Source of the DNA: Magallana gigas | Taxonomy: Eukaryota | Reading direction: 5' to 3' | Assembly: GCF_963853765.1 (NCBI RefSeq) | Contig: NC_088857.1 | Location: forward strand, 31,558,001-31,622,000 | Length of the DNA stretch: 64,000 nucleotides | Shown: piece by piece, positions 51,701 to 63,521 of the stretch | Layout of the letters: each line of letters starts with the position of its first letter | How positions within the stretch are numbered: position 1 is the first letter of the stretch | Made by a program: the position numbers and the translations under genes | The notes under the pieces: model-generated | Databases searched by the model: none | The model's input: only the letters and a program-made list of their open reading frames with translations | What the model was told of the DNA's origin: nothing

Positions 51701-52805
51701 TCCGCCATTCAACAGATTCCATTGTTTCTGACAGACCTTCGCATGTCTCTGATTGTTGGTAGAGAGGGCTATGAACAAACGGAATGGAGCAATTACATCC
51801 ACTCTTTAAACGAAATTTGCAATAACCAGATACAGTGTGATAATTACTTTGGAAATCCAGGTAAAATAGACAGTAATCCTTTCATATCAGAATCTAATTT
51901 TATCATGACATTTTAAAAAAGAAGAAGGTAAAATCAGTGTTAATTGTTCGTTTTTGCCTGCAGATATAGCTCTCTACGCTAAAGAGGATGGAGATTTTGA
52001 TGCCACAGTTCAAGTACCGCAAGTTTATTGCACGTTACATGATTGTCTCAATGAAGCAGATGTGTACCAAACGCTTACTGGGTCAAAACCAGAAAAACGT
52101 CGCCCAGATGAGAACTGTGACACGTACGAAGTGATCGCTTCATGTACTAGAGAACAGGCGCCATCTTGTTCTGAGGATACAAAACCAAAAATCCCACCTA
52201 AGCCTCAGTACAAGTCTAAATCGATGCATCGGTCAAGATCTGCTGATGATTCAGCTAAAAGTGGAGGCGCCCTTCCCGGCATCCCCCCAAGAAGAGGAAC
52301 TTGCGTCACTCGAACAAATAAGGTCAAAGGTCAAGCATCCTTATTGGGACTTTTTAAGAAACACCATGACCATGATGACACTGGTGAAACATCTTCAGAG
52401 TTGAAGGGCGTATATGAAGACATTAGTGAAACTTCGAGAGATAACATGTACTCTCCGAGTAAACTGATCAGCCAATCTTCGTTTTCTGCCAAAACTGACC
52501 CCAAGGACGTAAACAGCCCCGTGCTACCCGCAAGGAATATAAACCCTAGAGGTAAAAACATACGAAATAAACCAGTAACCATCGATGCGAAGAAAGACTT
52601 GCAAAAAATGAATGTTGCGGATGTAGGTGCTCTGTTGCAGAAACTGAGACTTGAAAAATACGCTTCTGTTTTTGAAAAACAGTGGATCGACGGTGCTATT
52701 TTGAGCGAACTGACTGCCGACATTCTTCACACGGATTGTGGAATGACAAAATTGGAGGCTGTGAGGTTAATGGCCTACGTGGAGAAAGGTCATATACCTG
52801 GTTAG
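41884..52805 (+). CDS. GAREM-like adaptor: CABIT domain, Pro-rich region and C-terminal SAM domain (495 aa)
   Basis: Exons 41884-42021, 47731-47869, 48628-48825, 51690-51860, 51964-52805 are phase-consistent. CABIT-like start YSPKDFHEQFSNYLPRLIQVTKGYYG...GQVLFI and LSIPLDY. PxxPxR/K motifs PKIPPKP, PGIPPRR, PVLPAR. SAM VADVGALLQKLRLEKYASVFEKQWIDGAIL. Confidence 0.85.
42051..42080 (+). repeat. (CT)n microsatellite in intron 1 of the GAREM-like gene
   Basis: ctctct run 30 bp downstream of the exon 1 donor. Confidence 0.95.
42387..43660 (-). mobile_element. HINE/satellite copy in reverse orientation, internally deleted near its 5' end
   Basis: Starts aacaagaggcccatgggccacatcgctcacctgagg (reverse of the 3' end of 37401-40046), has ~5 reverse monomers and ends ctcaggtgagctaaaaa. 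Confidence 0.9.
44500..44713. mobile_element. Small MITE-like element
   Basis: TIR ggtaaaatgggta/tacccattttacc and an internal hairpin ggattggcagat...atctgccaatcc. Confidence 0.55.
44780..45777 (-). mobile_element. HINE fragment interrupted by a LINE 3' remnant
   Basis: Ends gacggacggacagacggac...tagctcacttgagctttcagctcaggtgagctaaaa. Monomer-like sequence lies on both sides of the LINE insert. Confidence 0.7.
44997..45586 (+). mobile_element. LINE (CR1/L2-like) ORF2 3' end with zinc knuckle
   Basis: KYRLSSHRLLVEQGRY...RICKYCNLGEVEDEFHFILICPFY, an (att)n tract and an aataaa(caata)n tail. Confidence 0.8.
46797..46926. mobile_element. 130-bp MITE with 26-bp perfect TIRs
   Basis: ggccccggggccataaaacttagacg ... 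cgtctaagttttatggccccggggcc. Confidence 0.75.
49098..49841 (+). mobile_element. Diverged HINE copy in the GAREM-like intron
   Basis: tttagctcatctgagccgaagtctcaattgag at the 5' end, degenerate monomers, and tcgcccatgggcctcttg at the 3' end. Confidence 0.7.
50680..51000 (+). mobile_element. LINE ORF2 C-terminal remnant
   Basis: NYDLCKRNMINNPLCLCGQTEDVYHFFFSCKKY...LFLYGNNNL...FASVQKFIDESLRF zinc-knuckle terminus. Confidence 0.7.
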
Positions 52806-53542
52806 AATACCTGTTCTATGACGTAAAATAACAGGTTTACATTCGTCATCGTGGATTCTCTTTAAAACTACAGCGTGATAAAACACGTGCGATCATTACA
52901 TAATCTTGAGGTGAGGTAACCAAAATGGGAACTAAAGAAATTCAATAGTCCATAGCAGTTCTTTGTCCTCTGGAGAACAAAAATATTCTTTTTATTCGTC
53001 TTCTTCAACAAAAATAAAACATTTAGTCACGTAAAATAAAATTATCCATCAAATCGAGGAATAAAAGAACTTGGAGGAAAATATATGACATATATGTATA
53101 TTTAAACATGCAGACATTATCATGCGTTTTAACAACATCCTTCATATAGGAAGGTTGAACGTATTAAGTGGTATGGGGCACTTGTCGAAATTAATGTACA
53201 TAAAAATCAAAATATTTTCACCGATTTTTTTTTAAAGGACAAGGGACATTATTGGCCAAAATATGCAGTGTTTCAAATATGCACATATTCAGTAGGTTAT
53301 GGTAATAAACTTGCACAAGTATAAAAAATTGTATTCTTTTTGCAACATGATTTTCAATGAACTTTTTGACAATTAATATCCAAGGTCACATTCCAAAATT
53401 GAAATGAATATTATGTACGAAATACAATCATTACGACTGAATAGGGGACATGTAGAGGTAAATATATACCTCAATAGAGTAATCTGACCTGGAGTTTGAT
53501 ATCATTGGAAATAAAAGTAAAAAAAAATCATGAGTTGTCATT

Positions 53543-53905
53543 ATATAAATAGTGCCTGTTTGGGAGGGTAACAGTTGAAATTGACACCCCTCGAAAACCA
53601 TTGTCAACCGACGCGAAGCGGAGGTTGACAATGGTTTTTGAGGGGTGTCAAATTTCAACTGTTATCCTCCCAAACAGGCACTATTTATTTTGTTATACTG
53701 AATGTCTTAATTTTTAAGAAATTTTACTGCTTTTATATAGGAATAACGTGAATTCTACAGCGAACCAGACGCGCATAATTTTCGCGCATGTAACAATTTT
53801 TAATGTTACCCGTTGCTAAGTGCGTTGCTAACGCTGAGGGTAATAGAAAAAATTATGAACTGCGTCTTAACCAATCAGATTTCAGTATTTAACATGAAAG
53901 TATAA
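53543..53905 (+). mobile_element. Long-hairpin repeat family, copy C
   Basis: ttatataaatagtgcc hairpin and a tail ending catgaaagtataa. Confidence 0.85.
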
Positions 53906-54169
53906 CAAAAGTATTTATATTGAAAAGTGGACTAGAAACTTTATATAAAATATATTTGAATAAGAAATATGTTTTGATTTTTTTTAATAAGTAGAATTTT
54001 AAAAGCCCAAGCGGATTTGAACTTATGAGATACAGATTGAATTTCGCTCTTTGCGCTACCCTCTTATGTAACAATTTTGGGAAAGAAATAAAATTATTAC
54101 ATCAAATTGTAAATGTATAGTTTATTTCGATAGAAAGTACTCCACAATATGAAGATGTCCTATTCCACC
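53906..54169 (-). mobile_element. Truncated Kolobok-like element with a degenerate tRNA-like segment
   Basis: The minus strand begins taaa|ggtggaataggacatc (related to the 4160 TIR) and contains ...cataagttcaaatccgcttgggct, a B-box-like sequence. Confidence 0.5.
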
Positions 54170-54709
54170 TTTAGAAAGTTCAGTTTCGTTTTCGTAAAAG
54201 GGTAAACTTATCACTTTATTGATTTATAATCCTTGTCATTTTTCATATACATTTAAATATTTGTTCTTTTTGGAGAAAAAAAATTTCCTCCTATACTTGC
54301 ATCTGGCATTTGTGTGTACTTGTCTGTATTGCATCCAAAAAGAAGGCAATAGTTTATTTCAAAGGAATGCTAGTACAAAGCTCCTATTGTCTTATCAAAG
54401 AATATTAAAAGTCATTAAGTTGTTTTCATAACGCTTAACTTCTGTTTGCAATGCACAATACCAGGTAAATCGGCTTAATGAATTATTTATACACAATTTA
54501 ATGAAAGGAAAATTATTCATACACAATTTAATCAAAGGAAAAAAAATTAATTTGATAGCAATTTTAAAATTCTTTTTATTTAAAATTAAGAATATAATTT
54601 ACTTCACACTTTCTAATGGGTTTTTTTCATACTCCAATTGTTCGGACTCTGTGAAACAAGGCTTTTATTTTGTAATATCTATAAACAGTGCAGAGGAAAA
54701 ACAAAATTC

Positions 54710-55345
54710 ATGCAAGATAGTTAGGTCAACATGCAACATAGCTATGTTGACATGCAGGAAAATTGCAATCAAAGAAGAGTTATAAAAAATCTCGAATATC
54801 GCCAACATGTGACATCCAAGATGCTAGATACGCTGTACCTATTGATGTCAACATGCAACTTATTTATGTTAACATGCATCTTCTTAATGTCGACATGCAA
54901 CTTATTTATGTCGACATGCAACTTTGTTATGTTAACATGCAAGATAGATATGTTGACATGCAACATATTTATGTCGACACGCAACTTAGTTATGTTGACA
55001 TTTAACTTATAAGTTGCATGTCAAAATATTTATCTCGCATGTAAACATAACTAAGTTGCATGTCAACATATTTATCTCGCGTGTCAACATACGTAAGTTG
55101 CACATTGACATAAATAAGTTGTATGTCGACATAAATAAGTTGCATGTTGACAGAAATAAGTTGCATGTCGACATTAAAATGTAACATCAAGCATCTTGGA
55201 TGTAACAGGGGGGCGATATTTGAGATTTTGTATAATTCTCATCTGATTGCAATTTTCCTGCATGTCAACATAGTTATATGTTGCATTTTGACATAATTAT
55301 CTTGCATGTCAACATATTTATCTTGCATGTCGACATATTTGATAG
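54710..55345. repeat. Foldback element built of ~21-bp atgtcgacatgcaacttattt subrepeats in mirror orientation
   Basis: The left half (caggaaaattgcaatc...tcgaatatcgcc...catccaagatgc) is mirrored on the right (gcatcttggatg...ggcgatatttga...gattgcaattttcctg). Centre at ~55000. Confidence 0.8.
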
Positions 55346-55490
55346 AAAAATAACTTGCACACAAAGGGCAGAGATATGCCACCATAGATAATAGGTTTAT
55401 TTGAGAATATTTTTTAAAATAATTAGATGACAAATAATCGGTTGGTCAGAGCAGCTATTCATTCTCAAAACCATAATCTGACTCATCCAT

Positions 55491-56203
55491 ATGGTGGCAT
55501 AGATCTGCCACCACTTGTCAGATAATCATATCGACTTGTCAGATCTTGATGTCGACTTGTCAGATAATTATGTTGACTTGTCAGTTCTTTAAGTCGACTT
55601 ATCACTTATCCACGTGTTTAAAAATTTAACACTATAACCTTTCCACGCCCAATTTGTGCCATCCAGTTGTAATAATAATTTCTGACAAGTCAACATAAGG
55701 ATCTGACAAGTCAACATAAGCATCTTTAAAGTCGACACAATTATTTGACAAGTCGACATAATTATCTGACAAGTCGACATAATTATTTGACAAGTCGACA
55801 TAACTATTTGACAAGACGACATAACATCTGACAAGTCAAGATCATTATCTGGCACTCGACTTATAATTTGAATGATAATTTTCTTTAAACTAGAGGCCAT
55901 ATTATTTTTTCTGTCTGATAATTATGTTAACTTGTCAGATCTTTTTGTCGACTTATCAAATAATTATGTTAACTTGTCAGATCTTTATGACGACTTGTCA
56001 GATATTATAATGCCAAGTAAATAGCAGTTAGTGGCACTTACACGCTTTAAAACAAAATAATGAGTTTCTAGTCAAAATGGTTATTTTCTGACAAGTCAAC
56101 ATAAAGATCTGACAAGTTGATATAAATATCTGACAAGTCGACATAATCATCTGACAAGTCGACATAATTATCTGACAAGTGGTGGCAGATCTATGCCACC
56201 ATA
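55491..56203. mobile_element. Foldback/MITE element with ~33-bp TIRs and four alternating blocks of 21-bp acttgtcagataattatgtcg repeats
   Basis: tatggtggcatagatctgccaccacttgtcaga ... tctgacaagtggtggcagatctatgccaccata. Confidence 0.85.
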
Positions 56204-56813
56204 CATCCAAGAAAAACCCATCCAACTTACCAAAATCATGAAAATCATAATTTGACATGATACAGTCATTCTCACGAATCCCCCCATTCTCTCCCCCACT
56301 CTCCATTTCCGACTTTCCCTCTTTCTCTCTCCCTTAAAAGTGTTGAAATTGATCTTGTCAACGGTTTGTCAATTGTGCTAAATATGCCTACATGTATATA
56401 TTGTATGTGCAAAAGAAATTTATATAAAAAAAAATTACAAATAAAATATGAAAATCATAATCCTTGTGCCCCCTCCCCTTTACACGGATTAGGATTTTCC
56501 TGATAGTATGCATGCCTAATATACCTGTAACTTCAATTTCACTGTTAATTTCCTTATTTTCACTTGAATTTTTTACATGCTGCCCCCCCCCCCCCCCCGC
56601 CCGAATGGTACGTGCCTGCATTATTCAACATGTGGCATGATTAACAACTTGCAGTGTCCATCAGCTAACATTCAGCTAACGACGGCAACTAAGCAATTCG
56701 TACATGTATGTTTTGACATCTAAAAGCAAACAAAAGTAATTATTCAAATGCGGCAGATTAAACTTTCTCAGTATTTATATTGTTCCGTTCTTAATCTTTA
56801 ATAATATATATTG

Positions 56814-57262
56814 TTATACTTTCATGTTTAATGCTGAAATCTGATTGGTTTAGACGCAGTTTATAATCCGTTCTATTACCCTCAGCGTTAGCAACACACT
56901 TAGCAACGGGTAACATTATATAAATAGTGCCTGTTTGCATGGTTTGGGAGGGTAACTGTTGAAATTGACGCCCCGAGAAAACCATTATCAACCGACGCAA
57001 AGCGGAGGTTGACAATGGTTTTCGAGGGGTGTCAATTTCAACAGTTACTAGTACCCTCCCAAACGGGAACTATTTATTTTAGTAAAGAAAATTTTACTGC
57101 TTTTATATAGAAATGAAGTGAATTCTACGGCAAACTGTACGCGCATGTAACAATTCGTTGTGTTACCCGTTGCCAAGTGTGTTGCTAAGGCTGAGGGTAA
57201 TAGAACAGATTACCAACTGCGTCTAAACCAATCAGATTTCAGTATTTAACATGAAAGTATAA
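56814..57262 (+). mobile_element. Long-hairpin repeat family, copy D, with ~100-bp inverted outer arms
   Basis: 56814-56914 is the reverse complement of 57161-57262, with the central hairpin between them. Confidence 0.85.
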
Positions 57263-57990
57263 TAATACGAATTGCCCCCCCCCCCCCCCCCCCCCCCCCC
57301 GCTACAAGCCTGATATAAGTGATAAACATATTGTAATTGTACAAACGTTGATCCAATCGCAATCGCGGTTTTATTTGTCATGCATTCCAATGTTTTAAAT
57401 CATTCGGTGTTAACTCAATACATTTATCCAATCAATACAATTTTATCATACCAGTATATGAACTTAACTCATTTAAACAAGTGATTTCTTTATATAGATA
57501 AACATGAGATATTTTACATGCAAATATTTACACAAATAATAGCCCACGTTGCGATTTCAAGTGAATAGTATTGTCCAAAAAAGCATCAAATTAAATTAAA
57601 AATGTACAAAAACCTAGGTCACTTAACAGTCAGAAGGACTGAGGCTTCACATCCTTTCAATTCTTTTTCATTAACTTCAATATGTTGCGGTTCCCTTAAA
57701 TACAGATGCATGAATATGTATGTATTTTTTTTTATATTTAATAAATAAAAAAAACTTTTATAAATAAAATACACGCATATTTATGCATCTAAATCAATAG
57801 AATTGATAATCTAAATCCTTATTTAAATGTTCTCTTTATTTAAAAATATCATTTCCATACACATTGAAAAAATAGGTGTAACGAGATTTTTAATACATGA
57901 CAATATTAATGCCCTTTTCAGTCAACAGTCATCATTAGGTTAAAAGTCTAGTCAACATTTGAGATAATTCACACTACACCCAGAGTCTTG

Positions 57991-60900
57991 CTAAACTTGT
58001 ACATGACTTGTTTGCTCCTTCACCATCAGTTGAATTAATTTAGACACTACTCGGACATTCAAGCTGTTACCAAGTGTTCTGTATAGCTGAATTTTAGATA
58101 AGTCTTGAGGGAAATCTGAAAATATAAATCATAAAGCTCTCTCTTTGTATTGAAATACGTTATATTTACAATATTTTTACGGATAGAAACATGTTATACA
58201 GACATTGGACTGAGGTACTGGATAAACATACTGTAGGTTGCTGGAAAACACAGGAAGTTGGCGATTTCCCTCGGAGTGAAGTACCGCAGTCTTAACCTTG
58301 ACAACACCTGATAATCTTCATCAGACCATTGATCTCTGTTCTTCAATTCCAGAGTTCTGTCTTTCAATTCACTAGCTGCAGTCATTTCCTAATTGATAGA
58401 GCAAAATTTTTAATGAGCAATCCATTAGATGAATCATTAAGGATTTGGTTAACATTAAGGATCTGGCAAGCTAACATAATTAGACTTGCACATTGTAATT
58501 AACGACATGTGCATTTGTGTCAATGCAAGCATAGATTATTGGAACTTTGTTAACAATCCATATATATCATTTTCAGGAATGTATGCTCGAAAGATGTTTT
58601 CAATTCAATCATTTCATGAGTTAAAAAATATTTCAAAATTAACCAGACTTTATGTTTATAATTATGCTGGACCCAACCCTTGAAAATTAAAATTTCTTAA
58701 ATTTTAATTTTGATAGCCTTGGACCCCCCCCCCCCCCCTCCCCAATAAACTAAATATTCCTCTGACCAGCTCCCCTACACCACCCCCAACCCTGAAAAAT
58801 ATGTTCTAGATCTGCACATTATAAAATTAATCTCTAAATAAATCATGATTTTTAATAACTTCTTTATGCATCAATTCATAGTATTACATGTACAACTTAA
58901 TACTTACAGATATACTGTGAGACATTTGGAAAATAGAACCAGCTCCTTCCATAAAATGACCATACCTTAAAAATATCAAGATCTATATAAATCTGTCAAA
59001 GGTCAATGATGAATACACTATACAGAAGTTAGGAATGTAATACTTTTTTATAATCATACATGAGAATGAAATGATGTCTGCATGCAAGTTTGATCCATCT
59101 GAGCACCTAAGTTTTTTCAAATTGTCATAAAAATTAATGTCGTTTATGAAACATACAATGTACCTCTTGGTAAAACATGTAGTTTTTTGCAAGCAGGGGA
59201 AGACAATGTCCATGACGATAAATCTTTTGAGGTCTTTCCTGGTCAACATGAAGGGCTGGAAGTACTCCGGGGGCTGGTCCTCCAAGAAGTCCTGCACTAA
59301 ACGACAGAGATATTTATCCTCCTCCTCCTCTCCCTCACTCAACTGTCTCATGTTGTAACCTGCTGACTGGAGGCAGCTCTCCCTGCAGATCGGACAGGTG
59401 GCTGCTGGGATATCTGGAGATTTCTTATCAGTTGCATCACTGTTATTAATAGATTTTCCCAGCATTCCATGCTGTGTCTCTTTTTTTTTTGCAGGTTTAG
59501 CAGGGCTACTTTGCATATGATGAGATGATGAGATATGTGATGAATTTTTGCAATGATCATTTGTCCGAGTTGATTCATCACTTATACATGCTGTAGAAGG
59601 TTGACTTATATTTGTTGCATTTGTTGAGGAACTATTTTCTTCCGAATTGATTGATGGTAATGAAGTCATTATCTACAAAAATGAAAGAGAACATTTTGTT
59701 TCCCATGGATTCTTCAAACGATAACATTTTTTTCCACATAATGATTAATAAACAATGATAAAGCTACATACCTCTGTGGTGTTAGCAAAGCTAAATTTCA
59801 GTGGACTTCTTTTGGCAATGAGGTAATATCTTAATCTGGAGTTTGGAATTCCAAACTGGAGTGGTGTCAGCAAAAATTCCTGAAACACATGGGAATGAAA
59901 AACAACTTCCAGTGACTAAACAGATAGCAGAGATATATTAATGGGACAGATATTAAAAACTCAAGAGATACTTAAGATTAAAATGAATACATGTACCTGA
60001 TATGTAAAGTTGCACTTCATCAAAGTTTCACGCAACTTCAAACAAGTCTCAGAATCTTCAAATCCTTTTACATTTTCCACAAGAATGTATTTTGGACAAT
60101 TATTCAACCTGAATTAAAAAATATCTTCAAATTTTAAGATGATCGAATCAATATTTTGTTCAAACATGCTCCTATCAATTCATTCTAGTATTTTTATCTT
60201 TATTTGATTTTTTATTTGACTCCATGTATCAACTACTGGGTATTTCATACAAAAATCTTTCTTTTACATGCATTAAATGAAATTTTTCTTTTACTGGTCA
60301 TGAGGTAGATAGACATTTTATTTCATGTTGTTACTAATCCATGTATAAACCAAACTGAAGGTAAATTTACCTGGGCAGAAGAGATAAGAGGTGAAGGAAA
60401 GACCTGGTTCTGATGTCTTCAGCATCTAACTTCTTACCAACCCTGGTAAACGGTTGACAAGGTGGACTCATCACAATCATATCTATTTTCATCTCATCTA
60501 GTTGCGTAGCAGATAATGACTGAAAAGAAGAAAACACCAAGTTGGAGAAAAATTCAGGATATAAAATATAACACTTTTTGTTAAATATTGATAAGTTATA
60601 ATAACAATAAGAAATACAAGTTTAGAATGCATCTCTTATTTAACTGAACAAAATGAGCTATTTGTTATCTGGTTTACAAAAGGAAATAGACCATTTATTA
60701 TCACGGACTGTAATTCATTATTTACTGAAAATTTTAAAAATGACAATTTCTATCCTAATCTTAATAATTTTATTTTAATTTTTATTTTAATTTTGACAAT
60801 TTCTATCCTAATCTTAATAATTTTATTTTAATACAGAATGTCAGAAAATTAAAATGTTCAGGTTTCTTACAGATGTATACACATATCATGTATCTGGGTT

Positions 60901-62453
60901 AAAATTTTTGATACGAGTTTGATAACAGACCGATGTTATGAATATCTAATTTAGACTTTGCATCCAGTGCACTTGACCCCAAAACATGTTTTATACCATG
61001 GACTTTTAATCTTTTCTTTATTAAAAATAATGTGACCAGTTTGGGCATAGCTATTACAAGTATTCACATTTTTTCAAATTTGGGGGGAAAATCATGTGAA
61101 AAAAACTGTACACTGCTCATCAAAAAACGGTACAAAAAAATGTACAAAATATTGCTTAAACTCTCTTGATAAATCACCTTATTTCTAAACCAACAAATGT
61201 ATATTGTCGCAAATGCCACATTTAAAATGTTGTAATAAAGTTTTCTATGCTTTTAAATTTCATATTGTGTTTTATAATCACAGTTTTTTCACAAATCATA
61301 TGAATTGAGCAAGTTAAGATGATAGTTTGTTTACCAACTTTATATAGCATAACACGAGAGTCAATGTCTGCAATTTACATCTTGTTCATTAATACATTAC
61401 TGATATATATATATACACCAGCAATGTAAATAACAGCAGCAAATGCAACCTTAGTAATACATAAATTTCTGCACATAAAAAATTCTTTCTTCCAGCGTAA
61501 GGATAATAATAAATATGTCTATTCATCATATACATTAAAGACGGAGAGCTGGTTCAGATTCATGTATATTTCTAAAGTTGGCTAATAGTTTTTTGATCAA
61601 GTTACAAAATATTTTAAAACACCGCTACCTAAAGGGGCTTTTTGATACGGATGATTATCCCAATACCAGCAGTTCACACCTTCACATTTGATGGTTTGTG
61701 TACACCACACAAGAATCAATAGGTCACGTGTTAAACACAGGTGATGTTTTCCATTGTCTCGGGAGCAAGAATGAGAGGAAATGGCGGCATTTAGCAATGA
61801 ATTTCAAAACTGTACAAATTTTCATATTCCATGAATTTTGGTGTGCCACTGACCAGTATATGGGGTTGAAAAAAACCAGTATATTTTGCATACCGCCGGT
61901 ACATATCACATGTATAAACTAATTTACCTCTATTCCACAATCCATCAAATTACTCTCTGGAAAATTGTGCTTGTATATTTTGTTGGCCGTTGTATTGACA
62001 TCAATTGCTGCTATTATCTCATACGATATTCCACATTCTGTAATTGAGATTGAACACTCATGAGAGGCAAAAAACAACTTCTTGATATAGAAGCTTCATA
62101 TATTCAATCAAGTGTGTTTGTGAGGCTATAACATTAGCCTGATTAAGCAGTAAAAACCCCTTTATCAGTTTATGCTCTATGAAATTGTTTAAAATATAAT
62201 ACATGCATTTTCCTGAATAAGTTTGGACCAATCGCCCAAATGGGATATAAGCCCGTTTGGGATATAATAGCCCAAATGGGATATGTTTCCTATTTGGGCA
62301 ATTGGTCCCGTATTGATAAATGTTTATCCCGATGTTTTGGCAAACAAAACTTAATGAAGGGAAATTTCCATTTGAAAAATGTATTATTTCTTATTTACCC
62401 TTCACTGCACAGTGCATTCCACCGATTCCACTGTATAATTCCAAAACCCTCAT
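57991..62453 (-). CDS. TRDMT1: tRNA (cytosine-38-C5) methyltransferase DNMT2 (460 aa)
   Basis: Nine phase-consistent exons: 62453-62399, 62037-61928, 60519-60371, 60108-59997, 59879-59772, 59672-59164, 58965-58908, 58388-58232, 58115-57991. Motifs [64 protein letters not shown]. Confidence 0.97.
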
Positions 62454-62781
62454 ATTCTTTTAAAATGTCATGTAGTCACAGTAGTGAGAAGTCGGTGACT
62501 ATTTTTTTCCGAGCCTAAGGAAGGCATGTAGCCTACATTTCTACTTTCAATTTCAAGTTTTATGTATAACGAACCCGATTTGAAAACGAAAGGTATTTGT
62601 AAAATCAGAAATTTGCGGAAATCGCCGGAATCATATCAAAATCTAAATGTAAACATTTAAATGAGTACAAGTTACAATTGTTACATATCTCTGAAGAAAT
62701 GCCATCATTCGTTAGTAAAATTTGACGTTGTGGTGTTAATAACTGAATGCAGACAAATTGAATAACGCGTGTTTATATTTA

Positions 62782-62981
62782 CTGTATACAGGGTTATTTT
62801 CGCCCCGTGTAATTTTCAACCTTCTCCACTTGCAAACAATTTCGCTTCGTGTTAAATTCACCCATACACAGTTGTGTTTAAAGAGACATTGAAAGTTAAC
62901 CCAGTCCTAAATGCGCCCGCTGACAAGGAGGGCGAAAGGGGCGAAAATATAAAACGGGGGGAATATTTCCCTGTACTAGTA
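62782..62981. mobile_element. MITE with tactgta...tacagta-type ends (related copies at ~35845-36027 and ~32880-33105)
   Basis: tactgtatacagggttattttcgcccc ... atttccctgtactagta. The reverse of the left end appears at 36001-36027. Confidence 0.55.
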
Positions 62982-63521
62982 CATCTGTCTTTTAACAAAT
63001 TAATAAACTACTTGTAAAAATAAGTATAATTCACTAAAAAACTGTTAATATACACCAGTACGTAAGCTAAAAGAAACAGCCAAATTGTCTCCTGTTGGAA
63101 ATTGAGTTTGACATCATCGCGGTTATATCGTGAAGCCCGTGAATTTTCTAATGTGCTGTAGGTTTCGACCAATCTAGTTTCCTGTCAGCTTCAGTCGCTT
63201 TATGTTTCAACCAATCGATAAACGGGAAGTGTAGATTTTAGTCTGTCTGTTTTTATATAGAGTTATGAATTTAATGTAAGTTCCCGTAAGAAATAGAGGG
63301 AATCATACTCGGTAAATAAAAAAATCATGTTGAAACCAATGAAACTTTAATTGACATTTCAGTGCAAGGGGAAAATATAAAGCATTGAATCATTATTTTT
63401 CGAAAGATGTGGTCTCATAACTGCAACGGCGTGTGCATATACAAATTGAATAACGCACGCCAGCGCGTTATGAAAAACTGTTCGCACAAAAAATCGTGCG
63501 CACAAGATTTGGTATTTTTAA

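Noticed and set aside
52331-52730. Antisense ORFs of 130 and 68 aa
   Set aside because: Shadows of the GAREM-like last exon on the opposite strand
54731-56306. Many overlapping ORFs on both strands (MSTCNL.., VDMQL.., MSTCQII..)
   Set aside because: They are translations of the 21-bp tandem repeats in the foldback elements, not genes
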